A DNA stretch of 64,000 nucleotides from Sphaerodactylus townsendi (taxonomy: Eukaryota), in assembly GCF_021028975.2 (NCBI RefSeq), contig NC_059425.1, positions 170,934,001 through 170,998,000 on the forward strand. Direction: 5' to 3'. Position numbers and translations under genes: made by a program. Positions 39,001 through 49,682 of this stretch are shown here, piece by piece (positions within the stretch are counted from its first letter, which is position 1; every line of letters begins with the position of its first letter). The notes under the pieces were generated by a model. That model ran no database searches. It was not told the DNA's origin and saw only the letters and a program-made list of their open reading frames with translations.

Positions 39001-41249
39001 CCTGCTTGAAGTGGTCCGGAAGAAGAAGAAGAGTTTGGATTTATTACTCCCCTTACTCTCCTGTAGGAGACTCAAAGGGGCTTACAATCTCCTTGCCCTT
39101 CCCCCCTCACAACAAACTTCTACATTTCCACCATTTCATGGTAAATGTAATGGAACAGCACAGGAGGTCACTTCTAGGCTGGGTTTGATTCTTTACTCCT
39201 CCACCTGAGTGGCAGAGGTTTATCTGGTGAACCAGATGTTTCCACACTCCGACATTCCTGCTGGGTGACCTTGGCTAGTCACAGTTCTTCAGAACCCTCT
39301 CAGTCCCACCTATCTCACAAGGTGTCTGTTATGGAGAGAGGAAGGGAAAGGAGCTTGTAAACCACCTTGATTCTCCTTTCAGGAGAGAAAGGTGGGGTAT
39401 AAATCCAAACTCTTCTTCTTCTAGGAATGGTAATATAGTCTACTGCCACTGTTTATTGTATGAATCATCTCCTTTTACTTTACTATTTTATCTACCCTTC
39501 ATAACCCCATTTCTTCATTATGGTATGACCTACCTTAGACCACTTTTCATTTGCACTGTTTTTCCGGTTCTGTAATTTAAGTCCTACTGTAGTGGAGGAT
39601 CCTCTGAAGATGCCACAGATGCAGGCGAAACGTCAGGAGAAAATGCTGCTTGAACACAGCCTTACAGCCCGGAAACCACACAGCACCCCAATGTTTATAT
39701 TTTTATACTATTTATTCTTTTATATTCTTTTATATACTTTTATTTGTAAGCCACCCTGAATCCTTCGGGAGATTGGCGAGGTATAAATGCAATAAATGAA
39801 TAAAATAAACCTGGGACCTTTTGCATGCCAAGCAAGGGCTCCACTACTGAGCCACAGCCATTTCCTAGGGTAAGGGGGAATGGAACACTGTGCACATACA
39901 TCAGAATATAGATGACAGAACACTTTTAAAAATTCCAGTTATCAACATGGCCAATGGCACCCTAATCTAGTGGGTTTTCAAGATTGAGAATTAACAGAAG
40001 CAATACTGGCAGTGGATGTTTGTCCTCCTTTTCAACGACCAGGTAACATGTTTCAGAAAGTACCTGATGGCAATGAAGCCCTACCTTTGGCTTCAATGTC
40101 ATAATTTACCTATGCAAGTTTTTCTCTCTCATCCTCTCTGTTTCTATTTCCTTTCACATATGAATAATCCACACAACAAACCACAGCTGGGTTTGTATCT
40201 TCTGAAACGTTACAGCTCATCCAGCATCCCGTCAGGTGTCCTAATGGTTGGACTAGTGTGTGATTTTCATAGTATGTAGAACAGGCACCAAAAAGACGAA
40301 TAAGTGAATTATAGGTCAAATCAAGTCTGAACTCTCCTTCAGAGGAAGCCACTAGGAACTACTCAGCCTTGCGGCTTCTCCAGATGTTCAGGAACTGACA
40401 GGGATTGTAGTTCCTGAACATCTGGAGAGCCGCAGGTTCCCTACCCCTGCCCTAGAAGCTAAGATGACTCAACTGGGGTGATTGTATTTTGGTCATATCA
40501 TGAGAAGACAATATTCACTGGATAAGACAATAATGCTAGGAAAAGTGGAAGGCAACAGGACAAATGGAAGACCCTGACAGGAGATGCATTGACCGCCAAA
40601 GCCCTGTTCGCAAGAACTGAGCAAGGCTGTTAATGATAGGCCGATAGGCCGTTTTGGAGGCCTTTGAGTCATGCTGCCATGAGTCTGAAGCAACTTGATG
40701 GCAACTAACACACACACAGAGAATAGACATTTAGGGCAAACATATATCACTTAGTCCTACTAGCTGCATATTGCCAATGAAGAAGTTTGCTAGGAGCAGC
40801 AGTGGGGTGGTGGTTAGAGCAGGTCACTCCAATCTGGAGGAACCGGGTTTAATTCCCCGCTCTGCTGCCTGAGCTGTGGAGACTTACTATATCTGGGGAA
40901 TTCAGATTAGCCTGTGCACACCAGCTGGGTGACCTTGAGCTAGTCACAGTTCTTCTGAGCTCTCTCAGCCCCACCTATTTCTCAGCCCCACTGTTTGCTG
41001 TGAGCGGGGAAGGGAAAGGAGTTTGTAAACTCTTCTTCTAGACACTCAGCAAACATTCTTTCACAAGACTAGTTAAGAGTGGTACCCATGGTTCAATGAG
41101 ACATTGCTGGGTGAAAAACAATGAAAGTTTACCTTCACTAAATTGATCTCTTTGATAACACACTGTTGGTTATCCTCTTTTCCTCTAGCCAAGAATACTT
41201 TGCCAAAAGCGCCTTCCCCAATCTTTTTAATTATTTCATACTTGTCCAT
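17832..41249 (-). CDS. NEK5: NEK5 NIMA-related kinase 5, 22 coding exons, about 817 aa
   Basis: GEGAFG, HRD, DFG and GTPYYLSPE motifs; NEK5-type [29 protein letters not shown] segment; exons sum to 2454 nt with consistent phases; synteny with ALG11. Confidence 0.93.
18121..18390 (-). mobile_element. RTE/BovB-like LINE 3' fragment
   Basis: [40 protein letters not shown]. Confidence 0.75.
20212..20323 (-). CDS. NEK5: NEK5 coding exon 21
   Basis: [17 protein letters not shown]. Confidence 0.87.
21061..21198 (-). CDS. NEK5: NEK5 coding exon 20
   Basis: [21 protein letters not shown]; phase 1-1. Confidence 0.87.
21990..22112 (-). CDS. NEK5: NEK5 coding exon 19
   Basis: [21 protein letters not shown]; phase 1-1. 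Confidence 0.87.
22548..22671 (-). CDS. NEK5: NEK5 coding exon 18
   Basis: [19 protein letters not shown]...YTDQALAEL. Confidence 0.87.
23137..23208 (-). CDS. NEK5: NEK5 coding exon 17
   Basis: [11 protein letters not shown]...; alternative in-frame acceptor at 23238. Confidence 0.8.
24109..24189 (-). CDS. NEK5: NEK5 coding exon 16
   Basis: AIEQNLKK...KHKAK; AG/GT flanks, phase 0. Confidence 0.8.
25499..25606 (-). CDS. NEK5: NEK5 coding exon 15
   Basis: [14 protein letters not shown]...DPVQ. Confidence 0.85.
26400..26483 (-). CDS. NEK5: NEK5 coding exon 14
   Basis: [21 protein letters not shown] coiled-coil-like segment. Confidence 0.9.
27109..27228 (-). CDS. NEK5: NEK5 coding exon 13
   Basis: [11 protein letters not shown]...KNEMKEQ. 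Confidence 0.92.
27458..27524 (-). CDS. NEK5: NEK5 coding exon 12
   Basis: [22 protein letters not shown]. Confidence 0.92.
27588..27900 (-). mobile_element. tRNA-derived SINE (older copy)
   Basis: Reverse copy of the same family; others near 15368-15610, 18786-19020, 35608-35890, 36722-37180, 39020-39420 and 40792-41040. Confidence 0.75.
28625..28821 (-). CDS. NEK5: NEK5 coding exon 11
   Basis: HRNPKFK...[15 protein letters not shown]...PPSH-W. Confidence 0.85.
29790..30410 (-). mobile_element. L2-clade LINE fragment
   Basis: Reverse strand reads [25 protein letters not shown]. Confidence 0.7.
30575..30711 (-). CDS. NEK5: NEK5 coding exon 10
   Basis: [17 protein letters not shown]...; phase 1 to 0. 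Confidence 0.8.
31589..31890 (+). mobile_element. Young tRNA-derived SINE inserted into a 5S-derived SINE
   Basis: 17-bp TSD taagcaaggtcagtact. Confidence 0.9.
31927..32062. mobile_element. Palindromic hAT MITE
   Basis: 8-bp TSD ccttagag. Confidence 0.85.
32651..32717 (-). CDS. NEK5: NEK5 coding exon 9
   Basis: [12 protein letters not shown]; G|gtaagt, phase 1. Confidence 0.88.
33077..33277 (-). CDS. NEK5: NEK5 coding exon 8
   Basis: [16 protein letters not shown]...[13 protein letters not shown]. Confidence 0.94.
34680..34734 (-). CDS. NEK5: NEK5 coding exon 7
   Basis: [18 protein letters not shown]. Confidence 0.95.
35233..35319 (-). CDS. NEK5: NEK5 coding exon 6
   Basis: [28 protein letters not shown]. 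Confidence 0.95.
36008..36078 (-). CDS. NEK5: NEK5 coding exon 5
   Basis: [21 protein letters not shown] (DFG motif). Confidence 0.95.
36162..36245 (-). CDS. NEK5: NEK5 coding exon 4
   Basis: [28 protein letters not shown] (HRD motif). Confidence 0.95.
36851..37028. mobile_element. Palindromic hAT MITE inserted in a SINE
   Basis: TIR caggggtagggaacc; TSD ggctagtc. Confidence 0.85.
37435..37532 (-). CDS. NEK5: NEK5 coding exon 3
   Basis: [23 protein letters not shown]. Confidence 0.93.
37811..37940 (+). mobile_element. Harbinger-type MITE, same family
   Basis: TIR ggccccttccgcacatg; TSD ATA. Confidence 0.8.
38362..38509. mobile_element. Palindromic hAT MITE
   Basis: TIR caggggtctgcaac; TSD ccttgggg/ccttaggg. 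Confidence 0.8.
38666..38762 (-). CDS. NEK5: NEK5 coding exon 2
   Basis: [27 protein letters not shown]; AG/GT flanks. Confidence 0.93.
39600..39638 (+). ncRNA. Minimal hammerhead ribozyme motif in a Penelope-like remnant (about 39596-39690)
   Basis: tcct-CTGAAGA-t-gcc-acagatgca-ggc-GAAAC-GTC-agga: intact core, stem I tcct/agga, stem II gcc/ggc, ACGT palindrome at stem III. Confidence 0.65.
40455..40720 (+). mobile_element. RTE/BovB-like LINE 3' fragment
   Basis: tattttggtcatatcatgagaagacaa..ataatgctaggaaaagtggaagg ([16 protein letters not shown]). Confidence 0.75.
41133..41249 (-). CDS. NEK5: NEK5 coding exon 1 ([17 protein letters not shown]...)
   Basis: Gly-rich loop and VIK; 117 nt; donor gtaaac; upstream acceptor at 41260 implies a 5'UTR exon. 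Confidence 0.95.
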
Positions 41250-41582
41250 GGTGTTTTGTTCTAGAAAATATCTGAAATAGAAAAATATTACCATTACGAA
41301 TATCTGAAATATAAAACCCTCACATGCAAAAAAATGGGTAGTGGGATTTTATTAAATACTTTGGAAATGTATGCCTCTGAATAGAACGCTCCATCAGTTC
41401 TACCAGCATGGCCAATTGGCCATGCTGACAGAGGCTGATGGGAATTGTAGTTCCTGAACATCTGGAGAGCCACAGGTTCCCTACCCCTGGTATAGTGGCT
41501 AAAGTGTTGAACTTCTGCATGGGTTTGAACCCCTGTTCAGGCCACAAAAATCACGGGGTGATTTTGGACCAGCAGCCTAGTA

Positions 41583-41987
41583 CAGGGGTAGGGAACCTGC
41601 AGCTTGAGAGCCGCATGCAGCTCTTCTGCCCTTGCACTGTGGCTCCACGTAATGAAAGCAGCCAGCTCCATCTCTTGCCCCCCCCTGCAGGCAGCAGGTA
41701 CAGGGCACCAACCGCCCATGGTTTCACACGCCGGCTGGCTTCCTCTCAAATTCACCTTCATTGAGGAGTTTGGCGGAGCCGCAGCCAGCAAGGCATTTGA
41801 GTCGGCTTATCCTTGCTCCTCTGCAGGCTTCAGAATGAGCGAGTAAAAGGTTAAAAAACCTATATATATATATGTCGTGTTATCTTTATTTTAAATGTCA
41901 AAAATTATTTGCGGCTCCAAGTGTTTTCTTTTCCCGTGGAAAACGGGTCCAAATGGCTCTTTGAGTGTTAAAGGTTCCCTACCCCTG
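41583..41987. mobile_element. Non-autonomous hAT element
   Basis: TIR caggggtagggaacct / aggttccctacccctg; TSD gcctagta/gtctagta. Confidence 0.8.
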
Positions 41988-42869
41988 GTCTAGTATAAGA
42001 AAAAAAAGGGATTTTCTTTGCTTGGTCAGATCAGTGGTGCATTTAGCCCAGAATTCTATTTCACACAGTTGCCCATCTGTTGTTCTGGAGAGCCAATCTA
42101 TGAAGCATAGAGGACAAGGCTTCATCCTGATGTTGCCTCTGAACGCTGGAATACATTTACTGCCTTTGGATGTAGAGGTTCCTTTAAATAATTGTGACTA
42201 TATTGTCTCACAAAAAAAGTCTAAGTGTGGTTGGCAGTTGTTAGGTGGGAGTAGTGTGCTTCCTATTTCTGACTGTTTGGCCCCAAAGACCAAGCTGGGC
42301 CCAGCACCAACCCTCCCAAGCCCCCTCCAACCCTCTCCCATCTCAGAGACCAAGCTGTAAGAGGCAGAAATACAACAGGTGAGGTTTCCCAAGTAGGTAA
42401 GCTTTACCAAGTGAACTTAGGTTCTGTGGTTATTTTAAAGGTAAGATGAAGGAGGAGGGAACCATACATGAAAGGAAAGTCTGTCCCCATGAAAGACCAA
42501 GGGGGGAGAGATGGATGAAACCCACCAAGAAAGCAGCCTCACAGGTAATAAGGCATAGACAAAGAACAGCGGCAATTAGTTATTGCAGATTGGTTATTGG
42601 GACTTTGAATGTGGTTTCTGTGTTCACTGTGTACAGCAAAAAAATAACCAACCCCGCAATTTACAGGATAAAAATAATTTGACTCTAGCTTAATACCATT
42701 ATTTTGCATATAAGGAATCAGAGAAGGGGAAGAAAAAAAGAAGCCTTTTCTTCCTACACACACTTTGTGGATTGGAAGATTTGCCTTCCACTTGATGGGG
42801 ATTTCATGTATGTGAGACTTTACATCCCACCCTCATCACTATTACTTGAAGGGACAAGTCGTTTTCTGC

Positions 42870-43330
42870 CCAGTCGGGAGAAGAGGAGGTGCCCCCCCCC
42901 CCTCAAAAGGGCTTGCTGGCACTCAAAAAATTAACCACTCTCCTGGGGAAGTACTCGGGGGCACCCGCCCCTTCTCAGCCTCGTTATCGCACCCTGGGTC
43001 GTACAACATCCCGCCCCCCCCCCCCGCCCCTTTAGGGGCCTTCCTCAACCCAAGGAGGAGGAAGGCATCCGAAGCGCGGCCCCTGCCTTCTCCGTTGCCA
43101 TGGAGACAAAGACGCGCGCGCCATACCGGCTGACTCCCTTGTGGGCTCCCGCTTTTCTCTGACGCGCCGAAACTCGAAGTGGCGGGAAAGTGGAGGAGGG
43201 GGCTCAGGAAAGGCGGGGAGGGGAGTTATCAGGCTGCCGTCCCAGACCAGCTTCACTAGGTCGGGCGAAAACAGAAAAGAGGCGTGGCCTCTTGCCGCCC
43301 CTCCTCCTCCTCCAGGACGGAAGGCTGACC
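42870..43330 (-). promoter_or_regulatory. NEK5 CpG-island promoter with RFX X-box
   Basis: GC/CpG-rich, GC boxes (CCGCCC), GTTGCCATGGAGAC at 43094-43107, about 1.8 kb upstream of the NEK5 ATG exon. Confidence 0.7.
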
Positions 43331-43966
43331 AGGTATTTCAGCCTCAAAAATGTCCTATTGAGTGACTCCAGAGGGTGTAAAGATGCTTGAAGGGCGGATG
43401 GAGAATGTCTTCCTTCGGCGTTAATTAACTGAAGAAATGTCAGTACATTTGCAAATTATCAAACTAACATGACAATTAAGACAATGCGAAACAATGTAAA
43501 AAATCAATAAACAAAAACTACCAAACATAGTTATAAGGATAAGCCAATGTTAATCCTTTTTTTATTACATATTACTACAGAGGCATATCAACCAAATTAT
43601 ATTAAGTGTATTAAAATGTGTTCTTAATCCTCATATGCAAAAATAAAATGTCCTTGCTTTCATTGATTTCGTTGAACAAACAAAGCTTGCAGTCCCAAAA
43701 AATAGCCAGGGCATGATCCCAGATGGGTTAGCCATTTATGTTGCAGTAAAAAACAAAATAGAATTGTCAGGAACCTTGTGGCACTGTTACCGCCCAGGAA
43801 AATAAACAAAATATTTTCCTGAGTCAGGTTGCCTGACTACACTGGCTCCATGCTGGGATGCAGAGACTTGTGTGGTTCCGAAGCCTCCATAAGGCTCACG
43901 GAGAATGTATATGTATGATTGTGCCAATGCTATATGGCAGTGGTGGCGAACCTTTGGCACTCCAGA

Positions 43967-46075
43967 TGTTGTGAGAGGTAAAAATGTTGCTTTTACATAT
44001 ACCAAAGAGGTGTTACTTTTATAAACATAAGTATACATGGGACAATGACAATGATTGCCTTATAAGTTATAAAAGAAGGTATCTTTAGGTGTTTTCATAA
44101 GGTATTAAGACTATATTAAATTATCTACACACATAAACATATTTTAGTGCACAAATGTGGGATTTAGAAGTCACAAAGAATATACCCTTCACAGAATCAC
44201 AAGATTTAGTAGGCGAACTCTGAATATAAAGTTCATGTATAGTATCTACACTTGAATATAATGAGGTTGAAAGCCTGTTAAGTTGGATGGAATCCAAAGA
44301 GAGATGGGAGTATGATGCTTAATATATTCCATTTGACTTGTGTATTTCTTATTATATCACAATTAAAAGCACACCTGCTTTAAAATAATGAGCTAGCAGA
44401 AGAAGAAAGGTCAAGGGTTAGAGGGGAATATGGGATGTGGTGATGTAGTAGTTTATAATCATGTTTGTATATTTGAATGCTTTTATATTGTAACTAAATA
44501 ATGAAACTTAAATAATATGTTAATCACTCATGTTCAATATATGTATCCTAATGCTTCATGTGTAATGAATCCTGCTATAAATGTTATTCTCTCAGTTTAA
44601 AGTGTAAAATAGCTAAAACAGTTGCTTCTCTAGATCCTAATCAGTAGGTGCTACAGAACTCCATTCAGAAGCTTCTTAAAGCCTTTTAGCCAAAAGTCTT
44701 TCTAAAATGCTTCTGAGGCTTGGTTTCAATAGTCATAAATAATAAGGGAACATGAGTTCTTGTGCCAAACAGACACCTGCTGATAAGAGGGCCCCTAGCA
44801 AGCTTGGGATAGTGTCTTCAAAGCAGGGAGTGGGTCAAGAAACCTAGGTTCTGTGCCAAGAAGTACCCTCGCTATAGGAAAGCTAAGATCCTGTGCCAAG
44901 ATAGAAGGCCTTTGGATGAAGGTAAAATATGATGGTGTCTTCACAGTAAGATAAGGGAACCAAAGACGTGGCAGGTGCATCCAGAGGGCATCCAGAGGAA
45001 GGATATTGTGAAGATATATATCATGAAGACACGGCATGGATATATATCATGAAGGCACTACCGAAGGGTTGACAGTTAAGAAGAACCAAATATTAATTAC
45101 AGAAAATGACCATATAGAGATGTATTAATTGGAGGAGATACCACCTGGTATATGACATAGTATGACTAGATGAATTGTAATAGGCTATGGCCCTCATCTC
45201 CTAGCCAATGGAGAAGTGAGGGAGGGATTGGGTGGTCCTGAAAAAGTAATATAAACTGTTGTAGAACAAAGGAAGGGTGTGCCTACTACTGGGTAGACAC
45301 CCGATCTTGCAAGACCCAAACCAGGGTCCCTCAGTCCACGTCCGGGGCCAAATGTGGCCCCCTGAAGGCATTTATCCGGCCCGCCAGGCATGGCGGCGAT
45401 GGCTCCATTCATGTGCAGTGGGGGCTCGAGGGAGAGGAGGAACTGGCCCCAACGGCTGTTGATTGCAGTTACATGATGGCACCCCCAAACCTCCATGAAT
45501 TTTCTGACCCAGAGTTGGAAACCTTACATGTATAACCTTCGCCCGCCTCTTCCTCTCAGCTACTCCATGTAAGCTGTTTCCAGGCTTTCTTGCTCCCTGC
45601 CTCACTCCCATTGGCATCAGCCAGTGGCTGGCTAATCGATCGCTGGCTGCTAGAGGAGTTATCAGGAAGATACCTGATCCTGGGTTAGATGGAATGTTTC
45701 ATTGGGAAAGTTCTGCTTTTTCTTTTTTTACAGGGGAAGGTATTCCACAGCCTCCCCAACAATATTTGGAGCCCACCCTATACTTGACATACTTTGGTCA
45801 CTGTTCTAAAAATAGACCATGACAGAAAGGCTGAAAGGTGAAATCAAACATTTTACAATCATTTGTGCATAGGAATTTGTTCATAAGTTTTTTTTAGTCC
45901 GGCCCTCCAACAGTCTGAGGGACAGTGAACTGGCCCCCGGTTTTAAAAGTTTGGGGACCCCTGCCGTAAACCAATAAAAGCTTTGTTATCTGCTTCACCA
46001 ACTTTGTCCAGATTATTTTGAGGGTCCTTGGATCCATCGTTATCAATAGCAGGATCAGTTGGATTCTCTTCATCA
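43967..46075 (+). mobile_element. Probable solo LTR, interrupted by the OC1-like element
   Basis: TG...CA ends with imperfect inverted termini (tgttgtgaga / ctcttcatca), TATA-like site near 45250, AATAAA at 45973; splits a MITE. Confidence 0.5.
45322..45963 (+). mobile_element. OC1/OposCharlie-like non-autonomous hAT element
   Basis: 5' cagggtccctca..catttatccggccc; 3' agtccggccctccaacagtctgagggacagtgaactggcccc..aaaagtttggggacccctg; TSD degenerate. Confidence 0.75.
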
Positions 46076-47081
46076 GTCTAGCATGGCCAATTGGCCATGC
46101 TAGCAGGGGCTGATGGGAATTGTAGTCCATAACATCTGGAGTGCCAAAGGTTCGCCACCACGGCTATATGGTTTCCCTCTTGCTTATGCCCTTTTAAGAT
46201 GTAATAAAAGCCCCTCTTTAGTTGAATTTATGATGTGCCCGCTGTTTAGGATTTTAGTTTGACTAAGTTCTCCAGTTAGTTTAAGGTTTTGTTATTGTTA
46301 ATTTAGGAGAGCCTTGCTTATAAGTATATGTGTTTATCCCTTAAGGTTTCTCTAACGTCCAAATTTATAGATTCCCAAAAGGGGTGCCCCCATCTCCCAT
46401 TGTTTCCAATGGGAGATAACAGGAGATGCCGGCTACACTTTTGAGGGTCCATAACTTTGGACCCCCTGAGCCAAACTTCACCAAACCTGGGTAGTATCAT
46501 CAGGAGAGTCTCCTAAAGATACCCTGAAATCTTGGTGCTGCTAACCTAAAAACTGTGCCCCCTGTAGGCCAAAAACGGAAAAAACACAAAAAACACAAAT
46601 ATGGGGGAGGGCGTGCGCAAAACTCAGATTTTGCACTGGGCTCCATTTTCACTAGCTACACCTGTGCCTAGGCCATCCAAGTCAAGTGCACAGGGTTGCT
46701 ACTTGGCTGGCCAAAAGGCCGTAATAATAAATATCTATCTATCTATCACAGGGTTGCTAGGATAAAATGGAAGAGAGGATCATGGATGCCACCCATCCAA
46801 GGCAGGGTAAACTATTAGCATAACTGGTTGTTTTAGCTGTATTTGTCAAGAAACCAAGTTCCTTAGTGCAATTCCTTGTTCTTTCATACATTGGTTCAGA
46901 CTTCAGGCCTGCAACAGAAATGTACTAGTTGGAAAATAACTGAGCTGTTGATCAAAACTTAGCAAGTTGTCACTTTTAGAAACCCAGAATAGGAAAATCC
47001 AGGTACAAGAAAGAACACATCCTTTGATTCCTTTCTTCAAGTTACCAAGGCCAAGAACTGTGAAACCACTTTGGTCTAGTC

Positions 47082-47506
47082 CCGTGTTTCCCAACCTTTT
47101 CGACATTGTGGTACCCTTGACCTCGCTCTCCATATCTCAGGGTACCCCTGAGGTTCATTTGATTTTTTTTGCATTTTTTAGGTTTTTCCCCGTTTTTGGC
47201 CTGTAGGTGGGGGGAGTGGCAAGCAGGGGGAGGGGAGGGAAAGCAGCATTGACAGCCGCGTTGTTTGTTTGCCTAAAATTCAACATGGATTGGGGGAATT
47301 TAAAGGGAGAGCTCCGTTTAAATCTACACCCCCCCACACACTGAATTTAGGCAAATAAAACAAAGCCCATGAAGCTTCCAACCCCCCTTCAAAATCCATT
47401 TGATTCCGGTGGGGGGGGGGGGAACAGGCAGTAGCATTGTCATGGTACCCCTGGGACGTGCTCATAGTACCCTAGGGTACCACGGAACCCTGGTTGAGAA
47501 TCACTG
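47082..47506. mobile_element. Non-autonomous hAT element
   Basis: TIR ccgtgtttcccaacc / ggttgagaatcactg; TSD gtctagtc. Confidence 0.8.
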
Positions 47507-48910
47507 GTCTAGTCACACTGTACCCTTGTGGTCCCATCCCTATCAACTGGCTTTCATGATTGACATCATCAACTGAGCTTTCATTCTTGTTTTGTTCTTA
47601 ATAAATCCAGTACCATGCACCTTTGATTCTGTGTGCCTGTTTCATGGGTGAGTCTTGCTGACTTATCCATGGTTGCTCTTAGACAAGTATAGACTTTAAA
47701 AGCTGAAGGACTTCAACAGAACGGTGACATCTGCTAATCTGAACCAATGCTATTACTGTGCAGTTTTTTTTATTTAGCTTTGGTATTTTAATCCTCACTG
47801 TCCACTGTCTATTTTAGCAATAATCTTACATGACTGTAATGAATCACTTTCATGATAATCTTGTAGTGTTTTGTCTTCAGAGGTTTCAGTCTAATTCCAG
47901 TTCCTAGCCCTGGACTATCTACATTTACCAATGCATTTTTGCATTTTTGTGTGAAACTAACTTTGCAAGCAGTCTACCTTGCAGGCAGGTTGGAAGCTTG
48001 CCCCCTTGGCTTCTGGCTGTTTGGGGAGATAAAGGAGCTGGTAGCAGTTCCTTAGACTGGGACATGGAAATGCGTATATCAGTTTTGTAATCTGTGTTTG
48101 CCCAATCTGAGAATTCCTTGGACAAGCACTTGATGTTCTTCATCACTGACTGGCATTCCCCCATTCAGTGGGCCCCTGTAGTTTTGACACTGCCAATGTT
48201 GATCTATTCCATGGGGACCTGGTGGGTGACCAGTTGTCAGAACAAAGAGCCTCTCCCCCTTTAATTTATTCTGCTATCGCCGGCAGCCCACTCCAATGCT
48301 ATAGCAATAAATTGCTATAGCAACTTTTCTATACATCAACTGCAACTGTTTCCAAACAGTTAAAAGGAAATTATGTTTTATATATCCAATATATATACAT
48401 TAGCTAAAAGCCGCCAAATTTTATTTAGGATGCTGAATAAGTTGTGGGAGACGTAGGAATGAGCACCTCAAGAATAAAAGGCAGCAAGGACCTCAGGCAG
48501 GAGCCTGCAACCTGTGGCTCTCCAGATGTTCATGGACTACAATTGGCCATGGTGGCAGGAGCTGATGGGAATTGTAGTCCATGAACATCTGGAGAGTCAC
48601 AGGTTGCAGACCCCTAGAAAAATAGTCTGCACGTTTGTTCAGAACGAAACTTCACCAAACTCCTTAGCACTTCTCCCTCAAACATAATAGAACAGGATTG
48701 CTATGGAGACCAGTGTTAAAATCAGAGGCATGTATAGAACCACTTATATCTTCAGAAGAGGCAGTATTGATTTCCACCGGTTCTCCCATTTCTAATTGGA
48801 TGTGCCCTGCTTTGCCTACTTAGCTGTTCCTAAGGGTTTGCTGACCTCCAAGAACCACATTTCTGGGGAGTCAGTAAGGGCAGAAGCACAAGAAGTCCCA
48901 CTATGTAGAG

Positions 48911-49025
48911 CAGTGGTGGCGAACCTATGGCACTCCAGATGTTCATGGACTACAATTCTGCTGGCAGGGGTTGGTGGGAATTGTAGTCCAGGAATGTCTG
49001 GAGTGCCATAGGTTCGCCACCACTG
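48911..49025. mobile_element. Palindromic hAT MITE
   Basis: TSD atgtagag; related copy near 48497-48617. Confidence 0.8.
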
Positions 49026-49124
49026 ATGTAGAGTCTTCAGATCACAGCATACATGCCATCATCTCAGAATTATCTTCAAATAGTCATATATTCGTTATCC
49101 TTTCACCTGTTAAAATGTTCAGCT

Positions 49125-49385
49125 TATTAAACAGGACTTACTCCCAGGGAACTGTTTTTAGGATTGCAGCCTTAGTTTCTTTAAAACACACCCGAACACA
49201 TGTAGGTAACACAAAACATCTATATTTTATTATTTTCGAGGGCTAAAATCTTAACTATGAGAAGGACTTGCAGAGAAATGTTTTCAGGATTGCACACTTA
49301 GTTGTTTTTTTTCAAACACATATATAGGTAACATAAAACATCTATATTTTATTATTTTAGGGTGCTAAACATCTTCTTAACCAAG
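49125..49385. repeat. Tandem duplication (~122-bp period) in the CKAP2 3'UTR containing two poly(A) signals
   Basis: Two diverged copies, each with TTTATT (49226-49231, 49348-49353). Confidence 0.8.
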
Positions 49386-49423
49386 AGATTTGGAGAGTCA
49401 CGCTTGCACCAAAGACATTGTTT

Positions 49424-49682
49424 TTAATTCTGTAAGGTCAAGTTTTCTTCCCCTTCCAAGACTTTGTGTAGTGCACTGTTTGGCCTGTAGACGAAGGCAG
49501 TGGCTTCCCCTCCCAGTTCTCCGAGCTGCTCCAGTGAAGAAATGCAGGGATTGTGATCTTTCAACATATCTGGTAACTTGTACACCTTCTCGTGTAGGCG
49601 CCGAGAACGTCTCACTGGGGTTAGAACCTTCAGATCTTTAACAGCAGTCTTGCTATTTTCACTCCGCAGTTTTTCTGTCACA
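49424..49682 (-). CDS. CKAP2: CKAP2 last coding exon
   Basis: DLKVLTPVRRSRRL...LPDMLKDHNPCISSLEQL...FVYRPNSAL...*. Confidence 0.94.

Larger units (their letters stand above)
43938..46163. mobile_element. Palindromic hAT MITE split by a 2.1-kb insertion
   Basis: TIRs cagtggtggcgaacc / ggttcgccaccacgg; identical 8-bp TSD ctatatgg at 43930-43937 and 46164-46171. Confidence 0.85.
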
